Shown piece after piece: positions 1-9,658 of a stretch of 64,000 nucleotides of DNA. The position numbers and the translations under genes were made by a program. A model generated the notes under the pieces. It saw only the letters and a program-made list of their open reading frames with translations. It was not told where the DNA came from and made no database searches. Position 1 is the stretch's first letter. Each line of letters begins with the position of its first letter. Source of the stretch: Clostridia bacterium (GTDB lineage Bacteria > Bacillota > Clostridia > Oscillospirales > CAG-272). The DNA lies in NCBI GenBank assembly GCA_017450945.1, contig JAFSSP010000031.1:27899-91898 (forward strand). Direction: 5' to 3'.

Positions 1-8
1 CTTCTCCC

Positions 9-1016
9 TTACGAAAAGATCGGGGCGCGTCTTACTTCTTTTTTCCAATCGGAAAAAGAGAGTTTTTTCAGCTCGTAGTTGCCGGGTTCGTTTACAAAAA
101 CCACCGTAAGAGTATCGCCCGCGCGCTTTTTGTCGTGCAGAGCGGCAGAAAGGACCGGTTCGATGGCTCCCTCGTAGCGTGTGGGAAGTCGGTATTTTTC
201 CAAAACCGACACCAGCCGTTTTTGTACAGGCTCCGCGCACATCGGGATCATGCCAAGGGATACGCACTCGCCGTGCAAAAGGCTTCCCTTCGCGGCGCTC
301 TCAATGCCGTGTCCCAGCGTGTGGCCAAAGTTGAGCACGCGACGCAGATCGGTATCCCGCTCATCTTTTGCAACCACGGAGGCCTTGCATTCGATCGCGC
401 GGCGGATGAGTTCTTCTGTCGGCGCGTCGCCAGACTCGATGCGATAAAAGAGGTCTTTGTCAAGCGTGAGCGCCATTTTAATTACTTCGGCATATCCGCA
501 GGCAAGCTGGCGCTCCGGAAGCGTATCCAACAGATCGGGATCGCAAAGGATCGCTTTTGGTTGATAAAACGCGCCTACCTGGTTTTTGTAACCGCCGAAA
601 TCAAGCCCGGTCTTGCCGCCAATCGAGGCATCGACCATGGCAAGAAGGCTTGTTGGAATGTTGTAAAAATCAATGCCGCGCAGATAGGTCGCGGCAGAAA
701 ATCCGGCAAGATCGCCGACCATCCCGCCGCCGAGCGCGACAATGCAGTCGCCTCGCGTCAGATCAGCGGCAAGGCAGGCTTGCAGCAGCATCTCATAGGT
801 GGAGAAATTTTTATTCTCCTCGCCCGCCGGAACAGTGACAAGCATGGGATCCTTGCACTGCGAGAGAATCGTTTGCACATAATCTCTCGGGATCCCGGAA
901 TCGGTGACAAGAAGTACCTTTCTGGAAAGGTCAAAAAGCTCTCCCGCTTTTTTGAGGAGCCCTCGGCCGAGGAAGATCTCCACTTCTGCGTCGGCGCGCC
1001 TGATTGAAAGATTCAT
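9..1016 (-). CDS. aroB: 3-dehydroquinate synthase
   Basis: 335-aa ORF with the DHQ-synthase nucleotide loop (ALGGGMVGDLAGF) and metal site (NFGHTLGHGIE). Its start overlaps the stop of the upstream chorismate mutase (ATGA). Confidence 0.9.
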   Translation of the reverse strand: MNLSIRRADAEVEIFLGRGLLKKAGELFDLSRKVLLVTDSGIPRDYVQTILSQCKDPMLVTVPAGEENKNFSTYEMLLQACLAADLTRGDCIVALGGGMVGDLAGFSAATYLRGIDFYNIPTSLLAMVDASIGGKTGLDFGGYKNQVGAFYQPKAILCDPDLLDTLPERQLACGYAEVIKMALTLDKDLFYRIESGDAPTEELIRRAIECKASVVAKDERDTDLRRVLNFGHTLGHGIESAAKGSLLHGECVSLGMIPMCAEPVQKRLVSVLEKYRLPTRYEGAIEPVLSAALHDKKRAGDTLTVVFVNEPGNYELKKLSFSDWKKEVRRAPIFS

Positions 1017-1288
1017 GCCTTTCCCTCCGGTTCCTTTTGATAGTCCTTGGAAAGAGACAACAGCGTCGTAAGGAATTCCCGATAGTACGGAAGCAGATCG
1101 GCTCTTTCAAAAGATGCGCAAAGCCTCTTTTTCATGCTTTCCTCGCGGGCAGGATCAAACGTGGGCAGACCCGCCTTTCGCTTGCAGAGCGCAATCTTTT
1201 CCACCAGTTCCATGCGGCGGCAAAAAAGCGCGGCGAGTTCTGTGTCGATCCCGTCGATCTGTCTGCGATATTCTTCCAGTTCACTCAT
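1013..1288 (-). CDS. Chorismate mutase, small AroQ-type
   Basis: 91-aa helical ORF starting MSELEEYRRQIDGIDTELAALFCRRMELVEKIA, the typical AroQ first helix. It is translationally coupled to aroB. Confidence 0.75.
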   Translation of the reverse strand: MSELEEYRRQIDGIDTELAALFCRRMELVEKIALCKRKAGLPTFDPAREESMKKRLCASFERADLLPYYREFLTTLLSLSKDYQKEPEGKA

Positions 1289-1386
1289 AAAAATCTCTCC
1301 AAAAAAGGCCGCCGCATCCTGTGCGACAGCCTTTTTGATTTCCTCGTGGGATACAAAGCCGCAGAGCGCGCAGGTCTTATGGCTTT

Positions 1387-1415
1387 ATTGTATCAAAACG
1401 CAAAGGAAAAGTCAA
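1387..1415 (-). promoter_or_regulatory. Sigma-A-type promoter for chorismate mutase-aroB
   Basis: On the minus strand: TTGACT (1415-1410), 17-nt spacer, TACAAT (1392-1387), about 95 nt upstream of the start codon. Confidence 0.5.
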
Positions 1416-1448
1416 CTTGTTTGCCCGAATTTTGTCGGGTACGAGCGA

Positions 1449-2246
1449 TCAGTCTTCAAAATCCCGCTTAAGGAATCTCTTGAGCGCCTCGCTCTGCGGT
1501 CTCTCGAAGACCTCTTCGGGAGCGCCCTCTTCGGCGATGAGTCCGTTTGCGATAAACAGGACTTTGTCAGAAACGCTCTTGGCAAAGGCCATTTCGTGCG
1601 TGACGATGATCATGGTCATGCCCTCGTCGCGCAGATCCTTGATGACGCGAAGGACCTCGTCGGTCAGTTCCGGATCGAGCGCCGAGGTCGGCTCGTCGAA
1701 GCAAAGGATCTTCGGGTTGAGCATGAGCGCCCTCGCGATGGCCACGCGTTGTTGCTGACCGCCTGAGAGATTTGAGGGATACTCATCGGCCTTATCCGAA
1801 AGATTGATCCGGGCAAGCAGATCGTCGGCTTTTTTCGAAATGCATTCCATTCTGGCCGACAGATTCTCTTGATTCTTACCGCTGTCTTTCTTTACTTGGA
1901 TCTCGGCGGCAAGCGTCAGATTTTTTTTGACGCTGAAATGCGGAAACAGGTTAAAGGACTGGAATACCAGACCAAATTGAAGTTGATGCTCCGGCTTTGC
2001 GCGGAATTTGGACTGCTTTTTGACCCAAGATGCGTCAAAGACCGTCTCTCCGTCGACTGTGATCCTTCCCTCATCGGGAACTTCAAGAAAGTTGAGCGAG
2101 CGGAGTAGCGTAGTTTTTCCGCCCCCCGAGGAACCGATGATTGAAAGCACCTCTCCTTGGTTCATAGAAAAGCTGATTCCGCCGAGGACTTGTTTTTTGC
2201 CGTAGCTTTTTTTGATGCCAACGACTTCGAGAATGGGAGTTTTCAT
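1449..2246 (-). CDS. Polar amino-acid ABC transporter ATP-binding protein (GlnQ-like)
   Basis: Walker A GSSGGGKTT, signature [15 protein letters not shown], Walker B ILCFDEPTSALD. The likely start is MKTPILEV at 2246, preceded by GAGGAGGG. It carries a ~25-aa insertion relative to the compact GlnQ layout. Confidence 0.85.
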   Translation of the reverse strand: MKTPILEVVGIKKSYGKKQVLGGISFSMNQGEVLSIIGSSGGGKTTLLRSLNFLEVPDEGRITVDGETVFDASWVKKQSKFRAKPEHQLQFGLVFQSFNLFPHFSVKKNLTLAAEIQVKKDSGKNQENLSARMECISKKADDLLARINLSDKADEYPSNLSGGQQQRVAIARALMLNPKILCFDEPTSALDPELTDEVLRVIKDLRDEGMTMIIVTHEMAFAKSVSDKVLFIANGLIAEEGAPEEVFERPQSEALKRFLKRDFED

Positions 2247-2260
2247 TGCAGTTTCCCTCC

Positions 2261-2926
2261 TCACTTAATGGCATATTTGCCGAACTTCTTTTCCAGGCAT
2301 CCCATGACCCAAGCAACGGCAAAATTGAAGATATAGTAAAGCACCCCTGCAACAATGTAAGGCAGCATGCTGACCTCAGCAGCTGCGATCTGCTTTGCTT
2401 TGGTAAACATTTCGATCTGTCCGATGGCAAAGGCGAGCGAGGTATCCTTGACCAGCGTGATGACCTCGTTGGTCACCGGAGGCAGGATTCTGCGCACCAC
2501 CTGCGGAAGAATGACTATGAAAAAGGTCTGCTTGCGATCCATACCAAGCACTCTTGCCGCCTCATATTGGCCTACCGGCATCGAGGAAATCCCCGAACGG
2601 TAAATCTCGGCAAAGTAAGCGGCATAGTTGAGGACGAATGCGAGAATGACCGCAGTCAGGCGATAATTCGCTCCGAAGGTCGAAAGCGGGATCTTAAATG
2701 CAAAGTAAGGCAGATAGTAAATCACAAACAACTGAAGCATCAGTGGCGTTCCACGCATGATCGAAATATAGATTCCAAAGATCGCCGAAACGATTTTGTT
2801 CTTTGCCATGCGCCCGAAAGCAATCAGAAGCCCCAGAGGCAGGGAAAACAGAAGCGTAAGGAAAAAGATCTTCAGCGAAACGCCAATGCCTTCCCAGAGC
2901 AGGTTCAAAATTTGAAAAACAGACAT
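2261..2926 (-). CDS. Polar amino-acid ABC transporter permease
   Basis: Multi-TM ORF with an EAA-like loop (EAARVLGMDRKQTFFIVILPQ). Start chosen at MSVFQIL (2926). Confidence 0.85.
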   Translation of the reverse strand: MSVFQILNLLWEGIGVSLKIFFLTLLFSLPLGLLIAFGRMAKNKIVSAIFGIYISIMRGTPLMLQLFVIYYLPYFAFKIPLSTFGANYRLTAVILAFVLNYAAYFAEIYRSGISSMPVGQYEAARVLGMDRKQTFFIVILPQVVRRILPPVTNEVITLVKDTSLAFAIGQIEMFTKAKQIAAAEVSMLPYIVAGVLYYIFNFAVAWVMGCLEKKFGKYAIK

Positions 2927-2971
2927 ACGAACGAAAATCCTCTCAAAGAAAAGACTGAATAAACACAAGAG

Positions 2972-3002
2972 TCCACAGCACCGCAGAAACTGCGGTGCTG
3001 TG
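2972..3002 (-). terminator. Intercistronic hairpin between the binding-protein and permease genes
   Basis: CCACAGCACCGCAG / CTGCGGTGCTGTGG, a 14-bp perfect stem with a 3-nt loop. The downstream U-run is weak, so it is probably a partial terminator or stabiliser. Confidence 0.45.
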
Positions 3003-3025
3003 GCAAAGGCAACCGAGGATAAAAT

Positions 3026-3808
3026 TTATTTTGCGATCTTGATCGAATCTTCCAGGCCGTAGACCTTTGCGATCTCGTTAGCCTTGTCGGCGAGTTTCAC
3101 CATTGCATCGCTGACCAGTTTGCAAAGTTCGGTGTTGCCCTTCTTGAAACCGACGCCGTACTGTTCCACAGCCAGCGCTTCGGTGAGAATGACGTAACCG
3201 GTCTTGCCTTCGATGAGCGAGTTGGCAACGCCGATGTCGATGACGACTGCGTCAACGGCACCTGCCGTCAGATCGTTGAACGCAGCGGTGTAGTCTGCGC
3301 AAAGCTCGTACTTGCCGTTTTTGAAGGTGGCAACGAGTTCTGCGTCTTTATCCAGCGCATTCTGTCCGGAGGACTCTTTTTGAACGGTAACAACCTTGCC
3401 AGCAAGATCTGCAATGGCGCCAATACCGCTGTCGGCCTTGGTCAGAACAACGATGCTGCTGTCCGAGTAAGCGACCGTCCATTCATAGTCGTTTTCACGT
3501 CCCTGAATGGTAAAACCGCTCCAGATGCAGTCGATGTTGCCTGAATTGAGTTCGAGGTCTTTGCCGTCCCAATCGATCGGGATGAGTTCGAGGTCATAGC
3601 CGATCTCTTTGCAAACTTCTTTTGCAAAGTCGAGGTCGAAGCCCTTGTAGGTGTTGGTCTCGGTGTCGAGATAGCCATAGGGCGGATACTCGGCGTCAAA
3701 ACCGAGCTTCAGGGTTTTGGTTTCTTCTTTCTTCCCACAGGAAGCAAAAACCGCGACGGCGCCTGCCACCATGAGGACGGCAAGGACAAGAGAAAGTACT
3801 TTTTTCAT
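3026..3808 (-). CDS. Polar amino-acid ABC transporter substrate-binding lipoprotein
   Basis: Signal peptide plus lipobox (VAVFASCGKKEE) and an SBP_bac_3-like body (DAEYPPYGY..., IDWDGK). The start at 3808 is preceded by AAAGGAG. Confidence 0.85.
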   Translation of the reverse strand: MKKVLSLVLAVLMVAGAVAVFASCGKKEETKTLKLGFDAEYPPYGYLDTETNTYKGFDLDFAKEVCKEIGYDLELIPIDWDGKDLELNSGNIDCIWSGFTIQGRENDYEWTVAYSDSSIVVLTKADSGIGAIADLAGKVVTVQKESSGQNALDKDAELVATFKNGKYELCADYTAAFNDLTAGAVDAVVIDIGVANSLIEGKTGYVILTEALAVEQYGVGFKKGNTELCKLVSDAMVKLADKANEIAKVYGLEDSIKIAK

Positions 3809-3854
3809 GATTTGATTCTCCTTTGAATTTTGGTTTTGGGGTATCTCCCCCTGA

Positions 3855-3892
3855 CACTTTAGCATTTTAGCACGCTAAAGTGCATTTGTCAA
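3855..3892 (-). promoter_or_regulatory. Promoter with embedded 9-bp inverted repeat (candidate operator)
   Basis: On the minus strand: TTGACA (3892-3887), 17 nt, TAAAAT (3869-3864). CACTTTAGC (3855-3863) and GCTAAAGTG (3874-3882) form a perfect inverted repeat spanning the -10. Confidence 0.5.
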
Positions 3893-3967
3893 CCCTCTCC
3901 AGAGAAGTTTGGATAGTGTTACAAGAACTTTAATGCGATGATTCTGTTTTTGTTGATTCTATACAAA

Positions 3968-3998
3968 ATCCCCTGCGGATGGAATGTCCACAGGGGAT
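3968..3998 (-). terminator. Rho-independent terminator after the 765-aa protein gene
   Basis: ATCCCCTGCGGA...TCCACAGGGGAT stem, followed on the minus strand by TTTTGTAT. Confidence 0.6.
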
Positions 3999-4026
3999 TC
4001 AAAAGATTGGATTTGGTTTTTTAGGA

Positions 4027-6324
4027 TCAATTCACATCGTCGACCAGCTCGCCGCGAACAACTCTTCCTGCATTCTCCAAAAGGCCGGAAAGATAATCGC
4101 TCCGGACGTAAAATCTTGCAACGGTGTTTTCGGGATGCTCCACAGGAGCGCCGGATTCATCATACTCCGTGACCTTTTCGATCGTGAGGATCGCCTTTTG
4201 TCCGGAATAGCTGTAAAACCGGAGAATGATATCCTTTTCATTATTCTCGGTAAAGAGCTTGACCGTCTTGCCGCTCTCGTTGACAACGCCGTAAGCATTC
4301 ATCAGGTAGCTCGACGCGTCGTCCTCTACCCGGTATCGGATCGTCAAATCCGCGTCGTCTTTGGAAATGCGATCGGCAAGGTAGTCTTCGGGCTCTTTTC
4401 CGGTGAGCTTTTCAAAAGAGACACGATCGATATCGCCCTCAATGGTAAAGTAGAGGCAGCGCTTCCAGAGATAGCGGAAATTATCCAGCGCGGTCAGCGT
4501 TTTGTACTTCTCTTCCCCGAGGTCTGTAACCGTTGTTTTGAGCACCGTATAATCGAGCTCGCCGCCGGCTTCGGGAGAGAAAACGCGCAGATAGTTGGAA
4601 TTGACAGTCGGGCTGAGGAGCGCGTTTCCTGTTTTGTCGTAATAAAGCTCCTCGTGGTCAAAGTCCAACGCATAAAGCGTGTACTTGCCTCCTTCGCTCG
4701 GCAGATACACATAGGTTCCGTTGGAAAGCAGCCCCACGTCCCCGCCCGAAAGGCTCGGGAAGCGGTAGGTTCCTGTTTCATCAATATAATAGGCGTAGGA
4801 AAGGCTGTTGTCGAATACAAAGTGATAGGAAGTGTCTCCCGATTCAAAGGAAAGCTCTTTTAAGTAGGCGATATCCTCCAGCATCGGGTAAGAAGCGTAC
4901 CAATCCTTCTCGGCCCACTCAAGGAAGGAAAGATAGTACTGGTCTACTTCGAGGATCATATCGTAATAGAAGGATGCGACATAATAGCTGCCGCGCTCAG
5001 TCTTTGGACCGATGATCAGGAGGTTGAAATCCTCCTCGCTGTACCCATAGTCACCGTCCCCGGAAGTCAGAAGCGGGTGATAGGTCAAATAGAAGACGTC
5101 TCCGGTGATCCCATACGCTGCGAGCGTTTGGATGCGTTCCTCGCCCTCTCCGAGCCCAAGATGCACGCAGGTGGGCTCGCTCATTTCGTAAAGCAATCCC
5201 AGCATGCTGGAAGCGCTCTCGTCATTGATCTCATACCCCTCCATAAGCTCGGTTCTGCACACATAAGGGCGCGTCTCGAGCAGGGTGTTGGTGCGAACGC
5301 TCTGGTCCTCGTAATCGAAGCGGACGATCGGATAGACCTCTGCATTTGCAAAGCTGCCCTCCAGCGTCATGCGGGCCAGCAGGAAATCCTGCACCATCGG
5401 ATAGGTGTTCACGGTTACCGGGATCACCGCGCAGGCCGAAACCAGGCTCTCCTTGGAGGAAAGAACGGTGGATTCCATCGTACTTGCCGACATGATATAA
5501 ATGGCATTTCTGCCCGCAACGCGAATATAGTATCCGTTTTGATCCAGCGTCCTGTCGCCGACGATGACCGTGTAAGTGCGCGCCGGGTCGATCTCATATC
5601 CCATTTTGGAAGCGTCCTTTGCAGAGACCGTATAGGTAGCCGGCTCGGAAAGAAGCGTTCCGTTATTGTCATATCGCTTTTCCAGTCCGTAAGAAGCGTA
5701 GTCCACGCTGCCGTCGGCATTTTTCTGCACGCCTGCGGAAGAAAAATCCAGCTTGCGCAGGGTCACGGGATAGCCCGCGCCAACCGCGAAGGCCGTAATT
5801 TTTTGGGTATCAAAAGAGACGTGCGGGTTGTCGATCCCGAGGACGCGGAACTGCCCGGTCTCGTCCCGATAGATCTCATAGCTTCCGGTGCTGTTCTGCA
5901 CCTTCACCGCGGCCAGATCCTTTTGCAGAATCTGCGGGAATGCAAGCACCCGACGGGCGTTGGAAATGCTCTCGCCGACCGCCTCATCGTATTCCACAAC
6001 CGCGTAAAGCGACCAGGCGCCGCTCTCGGGATCAATGGTATATTGGTTCCCGCTCCCTGCGGCAATGTATTTGCCCTCCTGGTTTTGCTCCATTCTGTTT
6101 CCGAAGCGGTCAAAGAGCGCGTAAACGCCGTCCTGCTTTTTGACGGTATAACGGTCGGTAACATTTTCACCGTTTGCATCGGTATAGCTGTCGTCAAAAT
6201 GATAAATGCTGATCACATGACTTGCGATCAAGAGCCCTGCGATCAGGGCCAGTGTCAGGATGAAAAGGATCGCGACCCAACGAAGCCTGCGCAAAAAGAG
6301 GGGGTCCATTTGTTTTGTCATCAT
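4027..6324 (-). CDS. Large membrane-anchored extracytoplasmic protein of unknown function (DUF4340-like by position)
   Basis: ATG at 6324 preceded by AAAGGAGGGG. It has a single N-terminal TM (WVAILFILTLALIAGLLIASHV) and then ~720 hydrophilic residues. It is the last gene of the ABC-2/GldG-like operon, the position usually held by DUF4340 proteins. Confidence 0.6.
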   Translation of the reverse strand: MMTKQMDPLFLRRLRWVAILFILTLALIAGLLIASHVISIYHFDDSYTDANGENVTDRYTVKKQDGVYALFDRFGNRMEQNQEGKYIAAGSGNQYTIDPESGAWSLYAVVEYDEAVGESISNARRVLAFPQILQKDLAAVKVQNSTGSYEIYRDETGQFRVLGIDNPHVSFDTQKITAFAVGAGYPVTLRKLDFSSAGVQKNADGSVDYASYGLEKRYDNNGTLLSEPATYTVSAKDASKMGYEIDPARTYTVIVGDRTLDQNGYYIRVAGRNAIYIMSASTMESTVLSSKESLVSACAVIPVTVNTYPMVQDFLLARMTLEGSFANAEVYPIVRFDYEDQSVRTNTLLETRPYVCRTELMEGYEINDESASSMLGLLYEMSEPTCVHLGLGEGEERIQTLAAYGITGDVFYLTYHPLLTSGDGDYGYSEEDFNLLIIGPKTERGSYYVASFYYDMILEVDQYYLSFLEWAEKDWYASYPMLEDIAYLKELSFESGDTSYHFVFDNSLSYAYYIDETGTYRFPSLSGGDVGLLSNGTYVYLPSEGGKYTLYALDFDHEELYYDKTGNALLSPTVNSNYLRVFSPEAGGELDYTVLKTTVTDLGEEKYKTLTALDNFRYLWKRCLYFTIEGDIDRVSFEKLTGKEPEDYLADRISKDDADLTIRYRVEDDASSYLMNAYGVVNESGKTVKLFTENNEKDIILRFYSYSGQKAILTIEKVTEYDESGAPVEHPENTVARFYVRSDYLSGLLENAGRVVRGELVDDVN

Positions 6325-6343
6325 ATCAGTGCTTCCCCTCCTT

Positions 6344-8077
6344 TTATGCGTGCTTTTTGCGCTTTGCAAGCAAAACGCAGCCGAGGATCAGACAGGTCAG
6401 TCCCGGAACAAGGGTAAGGATCGCGGTTTGTCCGTTCGGGCCGAAGAGAAGAATTTGTCCATAGGATGCGCCGGTTTCCGAATCGGTTCCGAACTCCTCG
6501 ACCGGAAGCGTTTTGAAGTTAAGTCCCACCGGCAGAATCTCCTGCCCGATCCCGCGAAGGATCTGTAAAAGAATATCGGTGTTGCCGTAGGCGTTGGTGG
6601 AGAGCGCGTCGTTCTTTGCAAACGCGGTGGAGGCGATGGCGCAAACGTAGGAAGCCTCGTTGACGTTTGTCATTCCCTGCCCTTCCGAAACCGTTCGGCT
6701 CTCTGTTGAGAGGGTGGCGACGCAAAAAGGCGCGTCGGTTTTTGTTACAAGATTGCCTTTATCGTCAAGAACTGCTTTCCCATCCTCTTTTGCAAGGGCA
6801 GTCGCATTGTTTCCGGTGTAAAAGAGATTGCAGATCTCGCGCGAGTTTCCGTTGCTGAAATAGGCACCGTAGGAATAGGCAGGCGTACCGCTCTCGGCGT
6901 CTTCCATGACATAGGTGACTTCATAAGTGGGCGAATAGGAAATGGTTGCGGCGTTCTCAAAGACGGCTTTGGGATGGCCGCCGATCTTGCGTAGATCACT
7001 CAGCAAAGAGGCGCCGCGACCGGCTTCGGAATAAATTGCCGAAAAGCGCTCGCCGCTCTTCCCAAGGTCGTTTTCGGGATCAACAGCTTGATAAATGCCA
7101 TCCAGATCCTCGGTGCGGCCAAAAGAGATGCCCCATTCCTCCAGGTATTCTTCCAGATTCGGCAGATAGGGGGTGTCAGCATCGGCAAAGATCAAAAACG
7201 CATAGGTCTTTTCCAAAAAGGCATCCAGCTTTTTGATCTCGGACGCGCCGGGATTTTTGGGATCGTTGGAAAAATCGGCCGTAGGCCCGAGGGTGACGAT
7301 CAAGCGGCAATCCTCCGGGATCTCTTCGGCGGAAAGATCAAGATACTGCACCCGGTACCCGGCGTTCTGGAGCACCGTGATGAGTTCCGAATATTCGCCG
7401 CTCTCTTTTGCATTTGCTACCGGTTCGCCGTGGTTTGTCGTCAGACAGCAGATCGGCGACTCGGTTCTGGTCACGGCCAGAATATCCTTAACAAATATTT
7501 TTTCGCCGTTGTAGGCCCAGGGAGTTGTTTCCTCGACGCTGTCATAGGTGTAAAAGACTCTGGGCGAGCGGATGCGGAATTCGCTTCCGCTTGAGATGAT
7601 CACGCTGGTCTGGTAAATGGCGGAATAGGAGGTGGTGCGGTAGTCGTCTACCGAAGAGGGATTGTTCCAGACGTCGACCGTGCGCACCGAAATGGACTTT
7701 GGAAATTCTCTTTCAAGAAGCCGCGCGGTGTAGTAGATCGGCCGCATCTCATCATTTGCCACAAGGAGATCTTCGTCAGCGCAGAACAAAATTTCCACTT
7801 TGGCGGGCGCCCCGTCCTCCGTGTGCGCGCTTTCCAGCACCGAGGAGAGCAGATTCACGGTTTCATCCACCAGCGAATAGAGACCGGTTTTGACCCAAAT
7901 TCCCCGACCGCCGGCGGTCGAACGGTAATTGAGAGAGGTCAGATCACTCTGAACCAAAAATTTTCCGAACAGAGCCGTCACTCCGATATTGCAAAGGAGA
8001 ATGCCAACGACCACAAGGCAGGTGACAAGGGTTGTCACCCACCGGGACGCATGTCCTGTGGAAAAGCGATGTTTCAT
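6344..8077 (-). CDS. GldG-like ABC-transporter auxiliary protein, paralog 2
   Basis: N-terminal and C-terminal TM helices flank a large extracytoplasmic domain. It shares the block CLTTNHGEP...AGYRVQYLDLSAEEIPEDCRLIV with the neighbouring paralog. Confidence 0.7.
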   Translation of the reverse strand: MKHRFSTGHASRWVTTLVTCLVVVGILLCNIGVTALFGKFLVQSDLTSLNYRSTAGGRGIWVKTGLYSLVDETVNLLSSVLESAHTEDGAPAKVEILFCADEDLLVANDEMRPIYYTARLLEREFPKSISVRTVDVWNNPSSVDDYRTTSYSAIYQTSVIISSGSEFRIRSPRVFYTYDSVEETTPWAYNGEKIFVKDILAVTRTESPICCLTTNHGEPVANAKESGEYSELITVLQNAGYRVQYLDLSAEEIPEDCRLIVTLGPTADFSNDPKNPGASEIKKLDAFLEKTYAFLIFADADTPYLPNLEEYLEEWGISFGRTEDLDGIYQAVDPENDLGKSGERFSAIYSEAGRGASLLSDLRKIGGHPKAVFENAATISYSPTYEVTYVMEDAESGTPAYSYGAYFSNGNSREICNLFYTGNNATALAKEDGKAVLDDKGNLVTKTDAPFCVATLSTESRTVSEGQGMTNVNEASYVCAIASTAFAKNDALSTNAYGNTDILLQILRGIGQEILPVGLNFKTLPVEEFGTDSETGASYGQILLFGPNGQTAILTLVPGLTCLILGCVLLAKRKKHA

Positions 8078-8080
8078 CTC

Positions 8081-9646
8081 CTAAGATTCCTTTCGATCGG
8101 ATGGTTCGATTTTGTTCTTGCGTCGAATGAGGATCACCGGCGCAAGGATGCCGCAGACAAGGATCGGCAAGGACACGAGTCCTACCGTCCAAAGCAGTTT
8201 TTCGCGGATCGTCACAAGGCTCATGCGATCCGAAGAGAAGGGCTTTACAGTAAGGCCTTCCGGCGTTTCCCCCGCCCCGAACAGACTGCACAGACGCAGC
8301 AGAACATCGCGGTTTGCGTAAACCGCGCTTTGCAGATAGGCCCCTTCCCCGAAGGAGGTCGAAGCAAATACGCTCACAAAAGAGCTTCCGCTTCCCAGAT
8401 CCACTTCGGTCAGGGTCGCAAGGATGGATTCCCCTGCGCCCACCTGTTTGCCGCCCGCAAAGGCTTCGGCGCGCTCGCCGGAGGTATAAAGAGCCGAAAG
8501 CGTCATGTTTGCTTTTTCGTAGCGGCCGTTTCCGCGGTTGACAAAGCCAGAGGCAACACGGATCTCCGTAGCGTTTTTGAAAACCGCGCCGCCCTTCACG
8601 CCGTCAAGGAGAGAGGACTTTGCAAGACCGTAGATCGTGTATCCGTCGGAGGTCAGCGTCATGGAGTCATCCTTGACCGAATAGCGGTAAGTCTTGTCGG
8701 GATCCTCGCTTGACGCCGAATAGGAAAACGAGACGCCGTACTGCAAAAGAAAGCTCTCAAGAGAAGCAAGTCGCGGCGTTCCGCTCTCAGCAAAAAGCAA
8801 AAAGTGATTTCCGGGCGTGGAAAGAAAGTCTTTTAAGCAATCGGTCTCGGACGCCCTGTTTCCGTCGCTGTCCAGAAAATCGGTATTGGGATTGTAGGTC
8901 AGAATCAGGTTGCAGGACGCGGGGATCTCCTCTTTTGAAAGATCGATATAATCGACCGCGTATCCCGCGTCGTCGAGCAGATAGATCAGTTCGTAATCGT
9001 AAAAGGTTTCGCCATGGTTGTTGGTCAAAAGAGCCAGCGGCGCGTCGTCTCTTTGCGCATGCAAAAGGCCTGCCGCCAGTTTGACCTCGCCGGCGTAAGC
9101 GTAGACTTTGGAAAGATCTCCGTCCTCAAAGGAAAAGAACTCTTCAATGTCGTAAACCCGGTAGTAGTCGCCCGAAGAAAGGATCACACTGCTCTCATAG
9201 AGCGCCCGGGTTTTGGGGTTGCCCGCTTCGTCAAGCGCCGTCTTCCCGGTGCGGGCATCCTTTACAAAGGAATACTTGCGCAGTGCGTCCGGGGACTCGA
9301 CCAGATCAGCAAATAAGACCGTGATCTTCTCGTAACGCGCAGCAAGGCTTTCGGCCGTCTCCAGGATGTAGCGCAGATTCCGGTCGGCATAGATCGTATC
9401 CCGATCCCGCAAAAACAGAATGGTGACCGGACGTGCATCCGCACCGAGAGAGCGGTCGAGGAGCGCATAGCATTCTTCGCTGACCCCATAGTCGGGGGAA
9501 GCGGTCAGGTAGCTGTACCAGGAATAGCGCTTTGCGAGCTTCCCAACGAGCGAGTTCAAGAGAATGACCGAAAGGAGCACAAGGCAGAGCAAAAGGATGC
9601 CAAGCGCGTGCAGTCGCCCCCTGTTCGTTTTGAGCCATTGCTTCAT
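8081..9646 (-). CDS. GldG-like ABC-transporter auxiliary protein, paralog 1
   Basis: Same bitopic layout as paralog 2 (TM at both ends). Conserved block LLTNNHGET...AGYAVDYIDLSKEEIPASCNLIL. RBS GGAGGG. Confidence 0.7.
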   Translation of the reverse strand: MKQWLKTNRGRLHALGILLLCLVLLSVILLNSLVGKLAKRYSWYSYLTASPDYGVSEECYALLDRSLGADARPVTILFLRDRDTIYADRNLRYILETAESLAARYEKITVLFADLVESPDALRKYSFVKDARTGKTALDEAGNPKTRALYESSVILSSGDYYRVYDIEEFFSFEDGDLSKVYAYAGEVKLAAGLLHAQRDDAPLALLTNNHGETFYDYELIYLLDDAGYAVDYIDLSKEEIPASCNLILTYNPNTDFLDSDGNRASETDCLKDFLSTPGNHFLLFAESGTPRLASLESFLLQYGVSFSYSASSEDPDKTYRYSVKDDSMTLTSDGYTIYGLAKSSLLDGVKGGAVFKNATEIRVASGFVNRGNGRYEKANMTLSALYTSGERAEAFAGGKQVGAGESILATLTEVDLGSGSSFVSVFASTSFGEGAYLQSAVYANRDVLLRLCSLFGAGETPEGLTVKPFSSDRMSLVTIREKLLWTVGLVSLPILVCGILAPVILIRRKNKIEPSDRKES

Positions 9647-9658
9647 AGGAGCCCTCCG

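Noticed and set aside
1289-1386. Possible riboswitch or attenuator in the ~95-nt leader of the chorismate mutase-aroB operon
   Set aside because: Only weak stems with large loops are present (AAGGC...GCCTT). There is no T-box sequence and no convincing terminator/antiterminator pair.
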